From an uncultured Chloroflexia bacterium (GTDB lineage: Bacteria; Chloroflexota; Limnocylindria; QHBO01): 64,000 bases of DNA. Each line of letters starts with the position of its first letter. The first letter of the stretch is position 1. Positions 51,005-60,780 of this stretch are shown here, piece by piece. Location of the stretch: assembly GCA_963839635.1 (NCBI GenBank), contig CAWIVT010000008.1, positions 381,657-445,656 on the forward strand, given 5' to 3'. A model generated the notes under the pieces. It saw nothing but the letters and a program-made list of their open reading frames with translations, did not search any database and was not told the DNA's origin. The position numbers and the translations under genes are program-made.

Positions 51005-52004
51005 CCCCCGACCCTGCCGCCCCCGACGGAACGACAGAGCGCGGCCAGCTCGTCGACCGACGCCCCCGATCCGATGCCGAGCGCCAGCAGCACGCGCGCC
51101 TTCAACGGGTCGAGCGTGCCCGAAAAGAGTGCTCCGGCCTCCCACCAGCGCGAGCTGCCCCCGGGGAAGCCATAGCCCGCCCGAACCCGGCCGGATGGGC
51201 ACCGAGTGGTGAGCATCACCGGCACACCGCGGCTCATCAGCCCGATGGCAGCATCCAGCAGCCACGCGGCGCGTGTTCCCGCCGCCGGTCGCCGCCACGA
51301 CGAGGCCGGCCGGCACCGGCTCGAGGAGCCGGTCGACGGCCGAGCGGTCGGCGTCGAGGACGGCGGTCAGCACGTGCACCGGCAGCGCGGCCGTGGTCAG
51401 GGATGCGTGCCAGACGCAGCGGAGTGCGGCGCCGCAGGAGCGTCACGTGACCGTCGGCGATGAGCCCGAGTCGACCCGCGTTCGGGCTCTGGAATGTGGC
51501 GTGAGCGTGAGTGTGCGTCTTGCGCACGTCATCGGCGCCGTGCAGCTCTCCGGCCATGGCGACCACCACGCCGGCATCCGCCAGGGCGGGGTCGGCAGCG
51601 GCGGCGACGGCGTTCCGCAGGTTCTCCGGCCCGTCGTACGCCTCCTGCGACGCCGAGCGCATGGCGCCGACCACGACCACCGGCTTTGCGGGGAGCGGCA
51701 GCAGGTCCCACGCGAAGGCCGTCTCCTCGATCGTATCGGTGCCCTGCACGACGACGGCGCCGTCGATCTCGGGCCTCCCCAGCTGAGCGGCGAGGATGGA
51801 GCCGATCTCGAGCACCTGGTCCAAGGAGAAGTGCGAGGCCGGCACCAGGCCCCAGTCGATCGGCTCGACGTCGGCGATCGCGTCGAGGCCGGGTACTGAC
51901 GCGAGCAGCTCCTCCGCGCGCAGGCTCGGGACGTTGCCGGACGCCGCCGGATCGTGCCGCATCGAGATGGTGCCGCCGGTGAATACGACGGCGACGCGCG
52001 CCAT
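51001..52004 (-). pseudogene. ansA: L-asparaginase, frameshifted
   Basis: VVFTGGTISM and VVVQGTDTIEETA in ORF 51237..52151. The C-terminal parts are in ORFs 50954..51379 and 51001..51237. Confidence 0.7.
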
Positions 52005-52056
52005 GGGACAAGTATGCCCGGGGGTGGTTCCTGATATTCCGGTAGGCTCTCCAACA

Positions 52057-53025
52057 ATGACAAACCTGATGATCGAGGCCGTCGGTCTCCACAAGTCCTT
52101 CGGCGAGACACATGCCCTCGCGGGACTGGACTTCGATGCGAAGGAGGGCACGATCCTCTGCGTGCTCGGGTCCGAACGGGGCCGGCAAGACGACAGCAGT
52201 GCGGATCCTTACGACGCTGACTCGCCCCGACGCGGGGACGGCGACGGTCGCGGGCATAGATGTCCTGCGTCATCCCGCCGAGGTGCGCGACAAGATCGGC
52301 GTGGCCGGCCAGTACGCAGCCCTGGACGAGCTGCTGACCGGGCGCGAGAACCTCGAGATGGTCGGGCGTCTGTATCGGGTCAACGCGAAGGATGCCGCGG
52401 ACTCGGGCGACGGCGCTCATCGAACACTTCGAGCTGACCGACGCCGCCGATCGGATCGTGAAGAACTATTCCGGCGGCATGCGCCGCCGCCTCGATCTCG
52501 GCGCGGCGCTCATGGCGGAGCCACCCGTGATCTTCCTGGACGAGCCCACGACCGGCCTGGATCCAAAGGGGCGGCTTTCGATGTGGGATCTGATCGAAGA
52601 GCTTGCCAGCGAGGGCACCACGGTGCTGATGACCACGCAATACCTGGAGGAGGCGGACCGCCTCGCCGATGACATCGTGGTGATCGACCACGGCCGTGCG
52701 ATCGCCCGCGGGACCGCCCTCGAGCTCAAGCAGCAGGTCGGTGGCGAGCGGCTCGAGATCACGATCAGCGACAACCCGTACCTCGGACGCGGCGCGGCGC
52801 GTGCTCGAGGCACTCGGCGAAGGGCCGGCGCACGTCGAAGAGGAGGCGCGCCGCGTCAGCGTGGCGGTGAAATCCCACGATGGCGTGCTGACGCGCGCAA
52901 TCCGTGAGCTGGACGCGGCCGGGGTGCATGTGGACGACATCGGGTTCCGGCGGCCCACGCTGGATGCGGTGTTCCTCTCCCTCACGGGCCGCCCCGCCGA
53001 GGACAAGGTCGAGGTGGAGGCATGA
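52057..53025 (+). pseudogene. ABC transporter ATP-binding protein (DrrA-like), frameshifted
   Basis: Walker [10 protein letters not shown] (ORF 52112..), signature YSGGMRRRL and Walker [12 protein letters not shown] (ORF 52392..), and the C-terminus (ORF 52696..) are in separate frames. Confidence 0.75.
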
Positions 53026-53810
53026 GCCGCTTCGGCTGGTGGCTGCGGGACTCGTGGGAGATGGTCCTGCGCAACCTCATCCACATCAAGCGCACGCCCG
53101 AGCTGCTGCTCGACGTGACGCTGAGCCCGATCATGTTCGTCATCCTCTTCAGCGTCGTCTTCGGCGGTGCGATTAACGTCGGGGAAGAGGGCGGGGATGA
53201 GGCCTTGTACATCAACTTCCTGATGGCGGGAATCTTCGTCCAGACGGTCGCCTTCGCCGGCATCTACACCGGCGTCCTGCTCGCGAACGACCTCACGAAG
53301 GGCATGATTGACCGATTCCGCTCCCTGCCGATGTCGCAGTCGTCGGTCCTGACCGGCCGCACGCTGACGGACGTCCTGCGCGCGATGCTGGCGATCGCGA
53401 TCATGTTCGTGGTCGGCGTGCTCGTCGGGTTCCGGCCAGAGGGAGGGATCCTGGGCAACCTGGCGGCGATCGGCCTGATGCTCCTCTTCGGCTTCGCCCT
53501 CTCGTGGGTTGGGGTGGCCGGCGGCGCGATGGTGCGAACGCCCGAAGCGCTCCAGGGCATCATCTTCGCGGCCGTCTTCCCGCTGACCTTCGTGAGCAGC
53601 GCATTCGTGCCTACCCGGACCATGCCCGACTGGCTGCGGGTCTTCGCCGACAACCAGCCAATGACCATGGTCGTCAACGCCGTTCGTGACCTGACGCTGG
53701 GCACAAACGTGTACGACGCCGCAGTTCCCTCGATCCTCTGGTCGTTGGGAATCCTGATCGTCGCGTTCCCGATCGGTCTGTGGCTCTACAACCGGCGCAC
53801 GACGCAGTAG
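53022..53810 (+). CDS. ABC-2 type transporter permease (DrrB-like)
   Basis: 262 aa with 6 TM segments. The start overlaps the ATPase stop. Confidence 0.85.
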   Translation: MSRFGWWLRDSWEMVLRNLIHIKRTPELLLDVTLSPIMFVILFSVVFGGAINVGEEGGDEALYINFLMAGIFVQTVAFAGIYTGVLLANDLTKGMIDRFRSLPMSQSSVLTGRTLTDVLRAMLAIAIMFVVGVLVGFRPEGGILGNLAAIGLMLLFGFALSWVGVAGGAMVRTPEALQGIIFAAVFPLTFVSSAFVPTRTMPDWLRVFADNQPMTMVVNAVRDLTLGTNVYDAAVPSILWSLGILIVAFPIGLWLYNRRTTQ

Positions 53811-53823
53811 GGCGGGCTTCCGC

Positions 53824-53850
53824 GATTCGTAACGACCTCTGTTACGAATC
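53824..53850. terminator. 10-bp hairpin between convergent genes
   Basis: GATTCGTAAC, a 7-nt loop, then GTTACGAATC. It is an AT-containing stem in a GC-rich context. Confidence 0.5.
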
Positions 53851-53862
53851 TGGTCGACGAAC

Positions 53863-54246
53863 CTAGGGCTTGCGCAGGGCGTCCGCGGCGGGCTCCCAGA
53901 GCTCGAACCTGTTGCCCTCCGGGTCGGATCCCCAACCGAAGCGGCCGATGCCGTCCATGGCCTGCACCTCGTCGTCCACGTTCACGCCGGCCTCACGCAG
54001 CTGGGCGAGCATCGCGTCGAGGTCGCTGACGCGGAAGTTGATCATCCAGCCCTGCTCGCGACGGCCGAAGTAGTCGGTGTCGGCCGAGAACGGCGCCCAC
54101 ACCGTCGGGCCTTCCTCCTGCCACCAGGTCTCATCGGCCTCCTCGGAGTACGCGCTGAGGCCGAGGTGCTCGCGATACCAGCTCGCCAGGGCGTTGGGAT
54201 CGCTGGAGCGCATGAAGACGCCGCCGATCCCGGTCACTCGTTCCAT
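53863..54246 (-). CDS. VOC/glyoxalase-family protein
   Basis: Reads MERVTGIGGVFMRS...GRFGWGSDPEGNRFELWE. 127 aa, from the internal ATG of ORF 53863..54771. Confidence 0.8.
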   Translation of the reverse strand: MERVTGIGGVFMRSSDPNALASWYREHLGLSAYSEEADETWWQEEGPTVWAPFSADTDYFGRREQGWMINFRVSDLDAMLAQLREAGVNVDDEVQAMDGIGRFGWGSDPEGNRFELWEPAADALRKP

Positions 54247-54304
54247 GGACGAGATCCTACCGCGTCGCGCGTGGGTCTCAGCCAAAGGGACTAGGCTGAA
54301 TGGG

Positions 54305-54856
54305 ATGAAGGCCATCGACGCGATTCGACCGCTCCTCCGCGTGCGCCAGGTGCGTGAGTTCACCGATGCGCCGCTCGAGCCCGCGGCGCTCGACGCGATT
54401 GCCGAGGCCGCGCGCTGGTCGGGCTCGATGGGCAATAGCCAGCCCTGGCGATTCATCGTGATCAGGAATGCCGAGACCCTGCGCCAGCTCGCCGGCGCGA
54501 ACCCGCCGTCGACCGACTCGCTGGCGACCGCCGCCGCGGCGGTGGCGGTGGTGCTCCCCCAGGAGAAGGGCGCGGCGGTCTCGAACGCCTTCGACGAGGG
54601 CCGTGCGGCGGAGCGGATCCTGATTGCCGCGCATCTCGTCGGTCTCGGTGCCGGAATCGCCTGGCTCGGTCCCGACGAACGACCAGGGGTGGCCGAGCTG
54701 CTCGGGGTGCCGGAGGGCAGGTTCGTGCGGACCCTGATCGCCATCGGACATCCGACGACGAAGGAGAGCAAGCCCAGATCGACCCGCGGCCAAGCTCGCC
54801 TTCCGAGCTCCGAGACGGTGTTCAGCGAACGCTGGGGCGGCAGCCAGGAGGACTAG
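54305..54856 (+). CDS. nitroreductase-family protein
   Basis: Reads RQVREFTDAPLEPAALDAIAEAARWSGSMGNSQPWRFIVI. Confidence 0.8.
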   Translation: MKAIDAIRPLLRVRQVREFTDAPLEPAALDAIAEAARWSGSMGNSQPWRFIVIRNAETLRQLAGANPPSTDSLATAAAAVAVVLPQEKGAAVSNAFDEGRAAERILIAAHLVGLGAGIAWLGPDERPGVAELLGVPEGRFVRTLIAIGHPTTKESKPRSTRGQARLPSSETVFSERWGGSQED

Positions 54857-55317
54857 GCGGGCGAACCGTCGCGCGCGGCGCGGATCTGCGCCGCGTGATC
54901 GTGTGAGTGGCCCGCATAGATTCCCAGCCACCTGTCAACGTTGTACCGGCCTGACTCGCTGTGCGTGCCGCCTCGCTCCCACTCGGCCGGCGTGAGCGAC
55001 TCGAGCAGCTCGAGGCTGGCGAGCCGCACGCCGCGCAGGACGGCCAGCGAGGCGTCCACCGGACGCTCGTAGTGGAGGCGCCGCGCGTACTCCGGCTCGT
55101 CGTAGCCGGTGATCGTCGGCTCGTCCTCGGCAATGAGCCGCCGCAGCCGAACGTAGGCCACTGCCTCGGAGTCCGCGAGGTGATGCGCGACCTGCCGCGC
55201 AGACCAGCCGCCGTCCGCACCCGGGCGATCGAGCTCCTCGTCGGTGATCCCGGCCAGGGCTTCCTCTACGGCGGCGTACCCGCCCCGAAATCGGTCCAGG
55301 AGCTCACTTCGTTCCAT
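54853..55317 (-). CDS. DinB-family protein
   Basis: Reads WSARQVAHHLADSE...YAGHSHDHAAQI (His triad pattern). The start MERSELL overlaps the DUF3037 stop by 14 nt. Confidence 0.75.
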   Translation of the reverse strand: MERSELLDRFRGGYAAVEEALAGITDEELDRPGADGGWSARQVAHHLADSEAVAYVRLRRLIAEDEPTITGYDEPEYARRLHYERPVDASLAVLRGVRLASLELLESLTPAEWERGGTHSESGRYNVDRWLGIYAGHSHDHAAQIRAARDGSPA

Positions 55318-55732
55318 CTGCTTCGGATTCCTCACTGCTGGTGGGTCGGTCGACCAGGGTCGCGTAGAGATGCTCGAAGGTGGCGGCGGGATCATCGGTC
55401 ATCCCGCCGTGGGTCGGTCCGGGCTGAACCGCCGTGCTGCGCGGCGTCGTGAGCCAGTGGAATCGCTCGGATTGGCTCATGCCCGCCAACGGGCCGCTGG
55501 CGACGTCGCCGGCGGCGATCCGCTCGACGAGCGTCAGCTGGGCGCGGAGGCCGTCAAGGTCGGCGTCGGGCCGCAGCGCCGACAGGCCATCGGCGTCGAG
55601 GGTGGCCCGGGCGTTCAGGTAGCGCAGCGAGCGGCAGAAGAGGACGAGGCCGGCATTCACGAACTCCTCGCGCTCGATGTCCGGCACGACCCGCAGGACC
55701 GAATAGGCGAACGGGCTACGCGACGACGCCAT
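55304..55732 (-). CDS. DUF3037-like protein
   Basis: FAYSVLRVVPDIEREEFVNAGLVLFC is recalled as the DUF3037 N-terminal signature. The start overlaps the kinase stop by 17 nt. Confidence 0.7.
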   Translation of the reverse strand: MASSRSPFAYSVLRVVPDIEREEFVNAGLVLFCRSLRYLNARATLDADGLSALRPDADLDGLRAQLTLVERIAAGDVASGPLAGMSQSERFHWLTTPRSTAVQPGPTHGGMTDDPAATFEHLYATLVDRPTSSEESEADGTK

Positions 55733-56510
55733 GCCGCACCTCGAGCCGCGCCGATTCTGCTCCGGCGACCCAGGCCGGTCGCGCCTCGAGCCGGGTGGCG
55801 AGGTAGCGACGATACGCGTCGCGCTCGTCGGAAGGCCCGGTGAACCGGGTGTCGTTGAGCCACCCCTCCGGGATCGCGTCGATGATCCCGTCCAGCGTCC
55901 CGCTGTCCAGCCGGGGGGCCAGCCGCGCGTCGGCATCGCCGATGGAGCTCGCGAACGGGAGCAGGATGTGCTCGCCGATGCGGTCGAAGGGCCGGCGCGC
56001 ATGCGCATCGGGCTCGTTCCAGGCGTGGTGGACGTAGAGCGCCGACCCGTGGTCGATCAGCCACGTCCGCCCGTGATCCACGATCAGGTTCGCGTTTCGC
56101 GGCGTGCGGTCGGGATTGATGGTGAGCGTGTCGAACCAGACGACGTCGGCCGCCCACTCCTGGCCTTCGGCCGGCGCCTTCGTCATGTCGCTGGCCATCG
56201 CGCCCGGGACGAAGGCAAGGCCGATGTTGAGGCCGACCGACCAGCCGAGCAGGTCGCGGATCTCGTCGTGCGACTCCGCCCGGGCGATCTCCTCGGGCAG
56301 GGTCGCCAGCACGATCTCGGGCACCGCAAGGCCAAGCGCACGGCCGATCTCACCCACGACCAGCTCGGCGATCAGCGCCTTCTCGCCGTGCCCGGCTCCG
56401 CGGAACTTGATCACGTACTCGCGGCCATCGTCAGCCTCGACCAGTGCCGGGAGCGAGCTGCCCTCGCGCAGCGGCGTGATGTAGCGCGTGATGTCGACGG
56501 CGCGGAGCAT
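55716..56510 (-). CDS. HipA-like / atypical protein-kinase-fold protein
   Basis: YVIKFRG..GEKALIAELV (Lys/Glu pair), NPDRTPRNANLIV (catalytic-loop-like) and LIDHGSALY (DxG-like). Confidence 0.7.
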   Translation of the reverse strand: MLRAVDITRYITPLREGSSLPALVEADDGREYVIKFRGAGHGEKALIAELVVGEIGRALGLAVPEIVLATLPEEIARAESHDEIRDLLGWSVGLNIGLAFVPGAMASDMTKAPAEGQEWAADVVWFDTLTINPDRTPRNANLIVDHGRTWLIDHGSALYVHHAWNEPDAHARRPFDRIGEHILLPFASSIGDADARLAPRLDSGTLDGIIDAIPEGWLNDTRFTGPSDERDAYRRYLATRLEARPAWVAGAESARLEVRHGVVA

Positions 56511-56554
56511 GCCGGCGAGTGTAGTGCCGGCACCGGATGGCTGAGACGGCGTGA

Positions 56555-56722
56555 GCTAGCTCGACGCGGTTCGCGGCTCCATGGCAATGGCAACGGCCGT
56601 CATGACGGCGATTCCGAGCACGCCGAGAGCGATCACGCTGGGCGACAGCGCGAGTGAAGCGGCGATCATGAGGTACGCGCCGATCGCGATGACGGCGGCG
56701 GATGCAAGAGCGGCGGTGCGCA
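56555..56722 (-). CDS. 55-aa two-TM micropeptide (below ORF-track cutoff)
   Basis: AAGGAA lies upstream of the ATG. Reads MRTAALASAAVIAIGAYLMIAASLALSPSVIALGVLGIAVMTAVAIAMEPRTASS. Confidence 0.3.
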
Positions 56723-56803
56723 TCGGTCTGGTTCCTTGAGCGTTTGGAGCTCAAGCGTCGCCTGCCAGCCGCGAAGCGCCAACGTCGGTTGCGCCGGTGG
56801 GGA

Positions 56804-57820
56804 CTACGCCATTCGTCGCCCGTCGGACGCCAGGCGCTCGATCAGCAGGGCGGTGGCGGCGACGATCCGCGCCAGCGTCGTGTAGTCGAGCGTGTCGGGC
56901 GTGTCGGACGGGCGGTGGTAGTGCGGATTGCGAAAGTTGGCGGTGTTGGTGACCTGGATGGCCGGGAGGCCGGCCTGCCAGAACCGCACGTGGTCGCTGC
57001 GGCTGAAGTTGCGGGCCACGGGGACGGCCATCAGCGCCGGACCGATGACCGGCAGGTCCAGCGGGTCACGCAGCAGGAGCACGCGCTCAGGACCGATGGT
57101 CGCAGCGAGGCATCGAGCCCACTCGGTGACGAGCCCGAGCGAGACCCGTCGGTAGAGCCCGACCACCGTGTCCCCGGCGTTCCCTCGCTCCGCGAGCCGC
57201 TCAACCTGGCCGGGATAGAGCCGGTCGATCCCGGCGGGCACGAGCTGGCTCCCCGGCGCGGCGTTCATGTACCCGATCGGGTCGTAGACGACCGCACCCC
57301 GCACCCGATAGCTGTTGCGCAGCCAGCGCACGAGGTGGCGCGAGCCGACGAGCCCGATCTCCTCGAAGTCCGGCGCGGCCAGGATGACGGTGCGCCTGAA
57401 CCGTCGACCGGCGAACATCGCCGCCAGCTCGAGGAGGGCCGCGAGCCCGGCGCCGTTGTCGTCGGCACCCGGTGAGTCGCGGACCGTGTCGTGGTGCGCG
57501 ACGACCACGATGGCCTCGTCGGTTTCTCCCTGCGCAATGGCGACGAGGTTGGTGCCGTCGAGCTGTGGATAGACGTGGACGGGATGCCGGCCTCCGCTCC
57601 CTTCCTCGGGGTAGTCGAGGCGGGCCTTGAGGTTGCGCAGTCGGAGCTGCTGGCGGCCGGTGCGCCATCCCGCGGCCCGCCAGGCGTCGACCAGCAGCGC
57701 ATCGGTCTCGGCCATGGCCTCGGGCGCGTGCATCCGGTTGCGCGGACCCGGCAGCGACTTGACGTGGCCGCGCAGGCGCTCCGGATCGACACGCTGCACC
57801 CACTCGCCGGCGCTTCGCAA
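56804..57820 (-). CDS. M28-family metallopeptidase
   Basis: Contains VVAHHDTV...GADDNGAGLAALLELA. The start is uncertain. Confidence 0.8.
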   Translation of the reverse strand: MRSAGEWVQRVDPERLRGHVKSLPGPRNRMHAPEAMAETDALLVDAWRAAGWRTGRQQLRLRNLKARLDYPEEGSGGRHPVHVYPQLDGTNLVAIAQGETDEAIVVVAHHDTVRDSPGADDNGAGLAALLELAAMFAGRRFRRTVILAAPDFEEIGLVGSRHLVRWLRNSYRVRGAVVYDPIGYMNAAPGSQLVPAGIDRLYPGQVERLAERGNAGDTVVGLYRRVSLGLVTEWARCLAATIGPERVLLLRDPLDLPVIGPALMAVPVARNFSRSDHVRFWQAGLPAIQVTNTANFRNPHYHRPSDTPDTLDYTTLARIVAATALLIERLASDGRRMA

Positions 57821-57931
57821 CAGCCCGTCGTCGGGGAGCGTCGTAGCGCGGCTCCGCGGTGCCGGGCATCCGTCTCAGGTCCATCGACGGGATTCTGGCA
57901 TGAGGAGCCGCGAACACAGCACAATGTGCCC

Positions 57932-59095
57932 ATGACCGACATCACCCGCGTCTCGGGCCGCGCGGCCTCGTTCACCGAGTCGGTGATCCGCGAGATGACG
58001 CGCCACGCGACGCTCCACGACGCGGTGAACCTGGCGCAGGGCTTCCCCGACTTCGCCTGCCCACCCGAGCTCAAGGAAGCGGCCAAGGCCGCGATCGATG
58101 CCGACGTCAACCAGTACGCCATCACCTGGGGCGCGCGCGACTTCCGCGAGGCGATCGCCGCGAAGACGACCCGCTGGTACCCGGGCTGGCCGGTCGACCC
58201 CGAGACCGACATCACCGTCACCTGTGGCGCGACCGAGGGAATGATCGCGGCCATGCTGGCGCTGGTCGACCCCGGCGACGAGGTGATCGTCTTCGAGCCG
58301 TTCTACGAGAACTACGGGCCGGATGCCATCCTCTCCGGCGCGATCCCTCGCTACGTGACGCTCCACGAGCCGGACTGGCGCATCGATCCCGACGAGCTGC
58401 GGGCCGCGTTCGGCCCTCTGACCCGAGCGATCATCCTCAACACCCCGCACAACCCGACCGGCAAGGTCTTCGACCGCGCCGAGCTCGAGCTGATCGCGGA
58501 GCTCGCGCAGGAGCACGACGCACTCGTCCTGACCGATGACATCTACGAACACATCGTCTTCGCCGGCGAGCACATCCCCATGGCGACCCTCCCCGGCATG
58601 GCGGAGCGCACCGTCGCCATCAATTCCCTGTCGAAGACGTACTCGGTGACCGGCTGGCGGGTCGGGTGGGTCGTGGCATCGGCTCCACTGACCAACGCCA
58701 TCCGCAAGGTGCACGACTTCCTGACCGTGGGTGCGGCCGCTCCCCTCCAGGCGGCGGGCGCCGTCGCGCTCGCGCTGCCCGACGACTACTACGCGACCCT
58801 CGCCGCCGACTACCGCCACCGGCGCGACCTGATCCTGCCGGCGCTCGAGGCCGCCGGATTGCGGCCGTTCGCGCCGGACGGCGCCTACTACGTCATGGCC
58901 GACATCACCAGCGTCACCGACGAGGACGACGTGACATTCGCGCGCCGCCTCACCGTGAACCCGGGCGTGGCGTCGGTGCCGGGATCCTCGTTCTATTCCC
59001 GCCCGGAGCTCGGGAGGACGAAGGTGCGCTTCGCCTTCCCGAAGCGAGAGGCGACGCTGGCCGAGGCGGCCACCCGCCTCGCGTCCCTGGCCTGA
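57932..59095 (+). CDS. class I/II pyridoxal-phosphate aminotransferase
   Basis: LAQGFPDF, NPTGKVF and SLSKTYSVTGWRVGW (PLP lysine). 387 aa from the internal ATG. Confidence 0.9.
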   Translation: MTDITRVSGRAASFTESVIREMTRHATLHDAVNLAQGFPDFACPPELKEAAKAAIDADVNQYAITWGARDFREAIAAKTTRWYPGWPVDPETDITVTCGATEGMIAAMLALVDPGDEVIVFEPFYENYGPDAILSGAIPRYVTLHEPDWRIDPDELRAAFGPLTRAIILNTPHNPTGKVFDRAELELIAELAQEHDALVLTDDIYEHIVFAGEHIPMATLPGMAERTVAINSLSKTYSVTGWRVGWVVASAPLTNAIRKVHDFLTVGAAAPLQAAGAVALALPDDYYATLAADYRHRRDLILPALEAAGLRPFAPDGAYYVMADITSVTDEDDVTFARRLTVNPGVASVPGSSFYSRPELGRTKVRFAFPKREATLAEAATRLASLA

Positions 59096-59314
59096 CCTCC
59101 TGTCCCGTTCCGGTCGGTTCCGGCACCTGCCTCATAGGTCCCTTGCGGCACCTGCCTCATTGATCGGGCATCCCGGCACACCGAGCCGGGATGCGGAGCC
59201 GTCCTGCCGCATCGATGGGGCGAGAATGCACAGGGACTGCCTGCCGTGTGCGCCACTGCCCGAAATATCGGGCCGGGCCGGAGGCTGGATCGATGATGCG
59301 ATCGGCGCACGCGC

Positions 59315-59698
59315 TCAGTCCCCGCTGACAGCCTCCAGCCAGATCGTCTCGCCCAGGCTCAGGGCCAGGTGGGTCACCGGCGCGTGCTCAGAGGCACCGT
59401 GCCAGTGCTCCTCGTCGGGAGGCGCCTCCACCAGATCGCCCGCACCGATCTCCGCCACCTCCCCGTCGCGTGTTCCGACGCGGCCCGAGCCATCGATCAC
59501 GAAGAGCACCTGGCCGGACGTATGCCGGTGCCAATCCGTGCGTGCGCCAGGCTCGAAGCTGACCGCCAGCGCCGTCCCGTCGAGCATCTCGACCCGTCCG
59601 AGGTCGCGTCGGCTGACGGTGCCGGCGAAGGTGTCGGTCGCCATAGGCTCGGAGGCGGTGTCGGTGATTCGCGCGATCCTCATTCGGTCACTCCTCAA
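59315..59698 (-). CDS. cupin-domain protein
   Basis: Reads GARTDWHRHTSGQVLFVIDGSG...PPDEEHWHGA. Confidence 0.8.
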   Translation of the reverse strand: MRSDRMRIARITDTASEPMATDTFAGTVSRRDLGRVEMLDGTALAVSFEPGARTDWHRHTSGQVLFVIDGSGRVGTRDGEVAEIGAGDLVEAPPDEEHWHGASEHAPVTHLALSLGETIWLEAVSGD

Positions 59699-60780
59699 TG
59701 TGGCTCAAGAATCTCGGTGCGCAGCTGCTCGCGATAGCCGACTACGGCCGCGAGCAGGACGAGGTGCCAGACGGCGACCTCGATCGAGTCGAACTGGTGG
59801 ATGTAGAAGCTGATGAGGTCGCCCAGGGTCAGCGCCACCAGCAGCCCGAAGTAGGCGAGGGTCCAGCCCAGCCGATGCCACCCGACCAGGCCGACGAGGA
59901 CAGCCCCCACTAGCAGCAGCGCGCCCGACACGCCTTCGACCACGAGATGGCCGAGCTGGAACAGGGTGAACGGGCTTGGCTGCGACGCGTCGAGCCTCAC
60001 CTCCGAGCCGATCCCGACAAGCGCCAGCACCTGGCCGATGCCGGTCAGGATGAGGGTGGCGATGAGCGCGATCCGCAGCCCTCGCCCACCGAGCCAGCTG
60101 CGCGACCTGGCACCCAGCCGAGCGCGGATGCCGCCGAATCGGTCAATGGGATCCGGCGCGACTGACAGCTCCTCGGCCTCGACGAATGCGAGCAGGTCGG
60201 CGGCGAGGCGTCGCTGCTCCGGCTGGGGTGCCCCGGCGGCCGCCGCAATCAGCCGATCGCGCAGCCTGTCCCGCTCGCCTCGTTGGAGGTCGCCCTCGAC
60301 CGATTCCTCGAAGAGCTCCAGCGCGGTGAGCAGCTGGCTGCGCGGATCGGGGTCGTTCGGCTCGCGCGCCCGAAGCCAGACGAGGACGGCCAGCAGGAAC
60401 GTGGCGTAGATGATCGGCGCGGCAGCGGGATAGAAGTAGTCGTTCTCGGCGGTGATGAACTTCCCGACCTCGTCGATGAAGAGGCCGATGCCGACGCCGG
60501 CCAGGAACGCCGAGAGCAGGTACACGAAGCGCCCGGCCATCAGGATCGGCAGGAGCGAGGCGGCGAAGAGGGCGGCTCCGCCCCACAGCGCGTGGGCGAT
60601 GTGCAGGTCGCCGCCGCCGATCTGCGGGAAGCCGGTGACGGTCAGGAACCAGCGCGTCCCGATGACGGTGGCGGCGAAGCTGACCAGCGTGACGAGCAGG
60701 TATCGCTCTGCGCCTTCGCGCCGAACGGGTCGCCGAATCCACGGAAGCCGGCGTTGGCTCAGGCTGGCAGGCTCACCCAC
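59695..60780 (-). CDS. multi-pass membrane protein of unknown function
   Basis: 361 aa with about 8 TM segments and a central charged helical insert. The stop overlaps the cupin start. Confidence 0.65.
   Translation of the reverse strand: MGEPASLSQRRLPWIRRPVRREGAERYLLVTLVSFAATVIGTRWFLTVTGFPQIGGGDLHIAHALWGGAALFAASLLPILMAGRFVYLLSAFLAGVGIGLFIDEVGKFITAENDYFYPAAAPIIYATFLLAVLVWLRAREPNDPDPRSQLLTALELFEESVEGDLQRGERDRLRDRLIAAAAGAPQPEQRRLAADLLAFVEAEELSVAPDPIDRFGGIRARLGARSRSWLGGRGLRIALIATLILTGIGQVLALVGIGSEVRLDASQPSPFTLFQLGHLVVEGVSGALLLVGAVLVGLVGWHRLGWTLAYFGLLVALTLGDLISFYIHQFDSIEVAVWHLVLLAAVVGYREQLRTEILEPH

Noticed and set aside
59121-59160. Direct repeats as a CRISPR array
   Set aside because: There are only two 15-nt copies with a 10-nt spacer and no cas genes.
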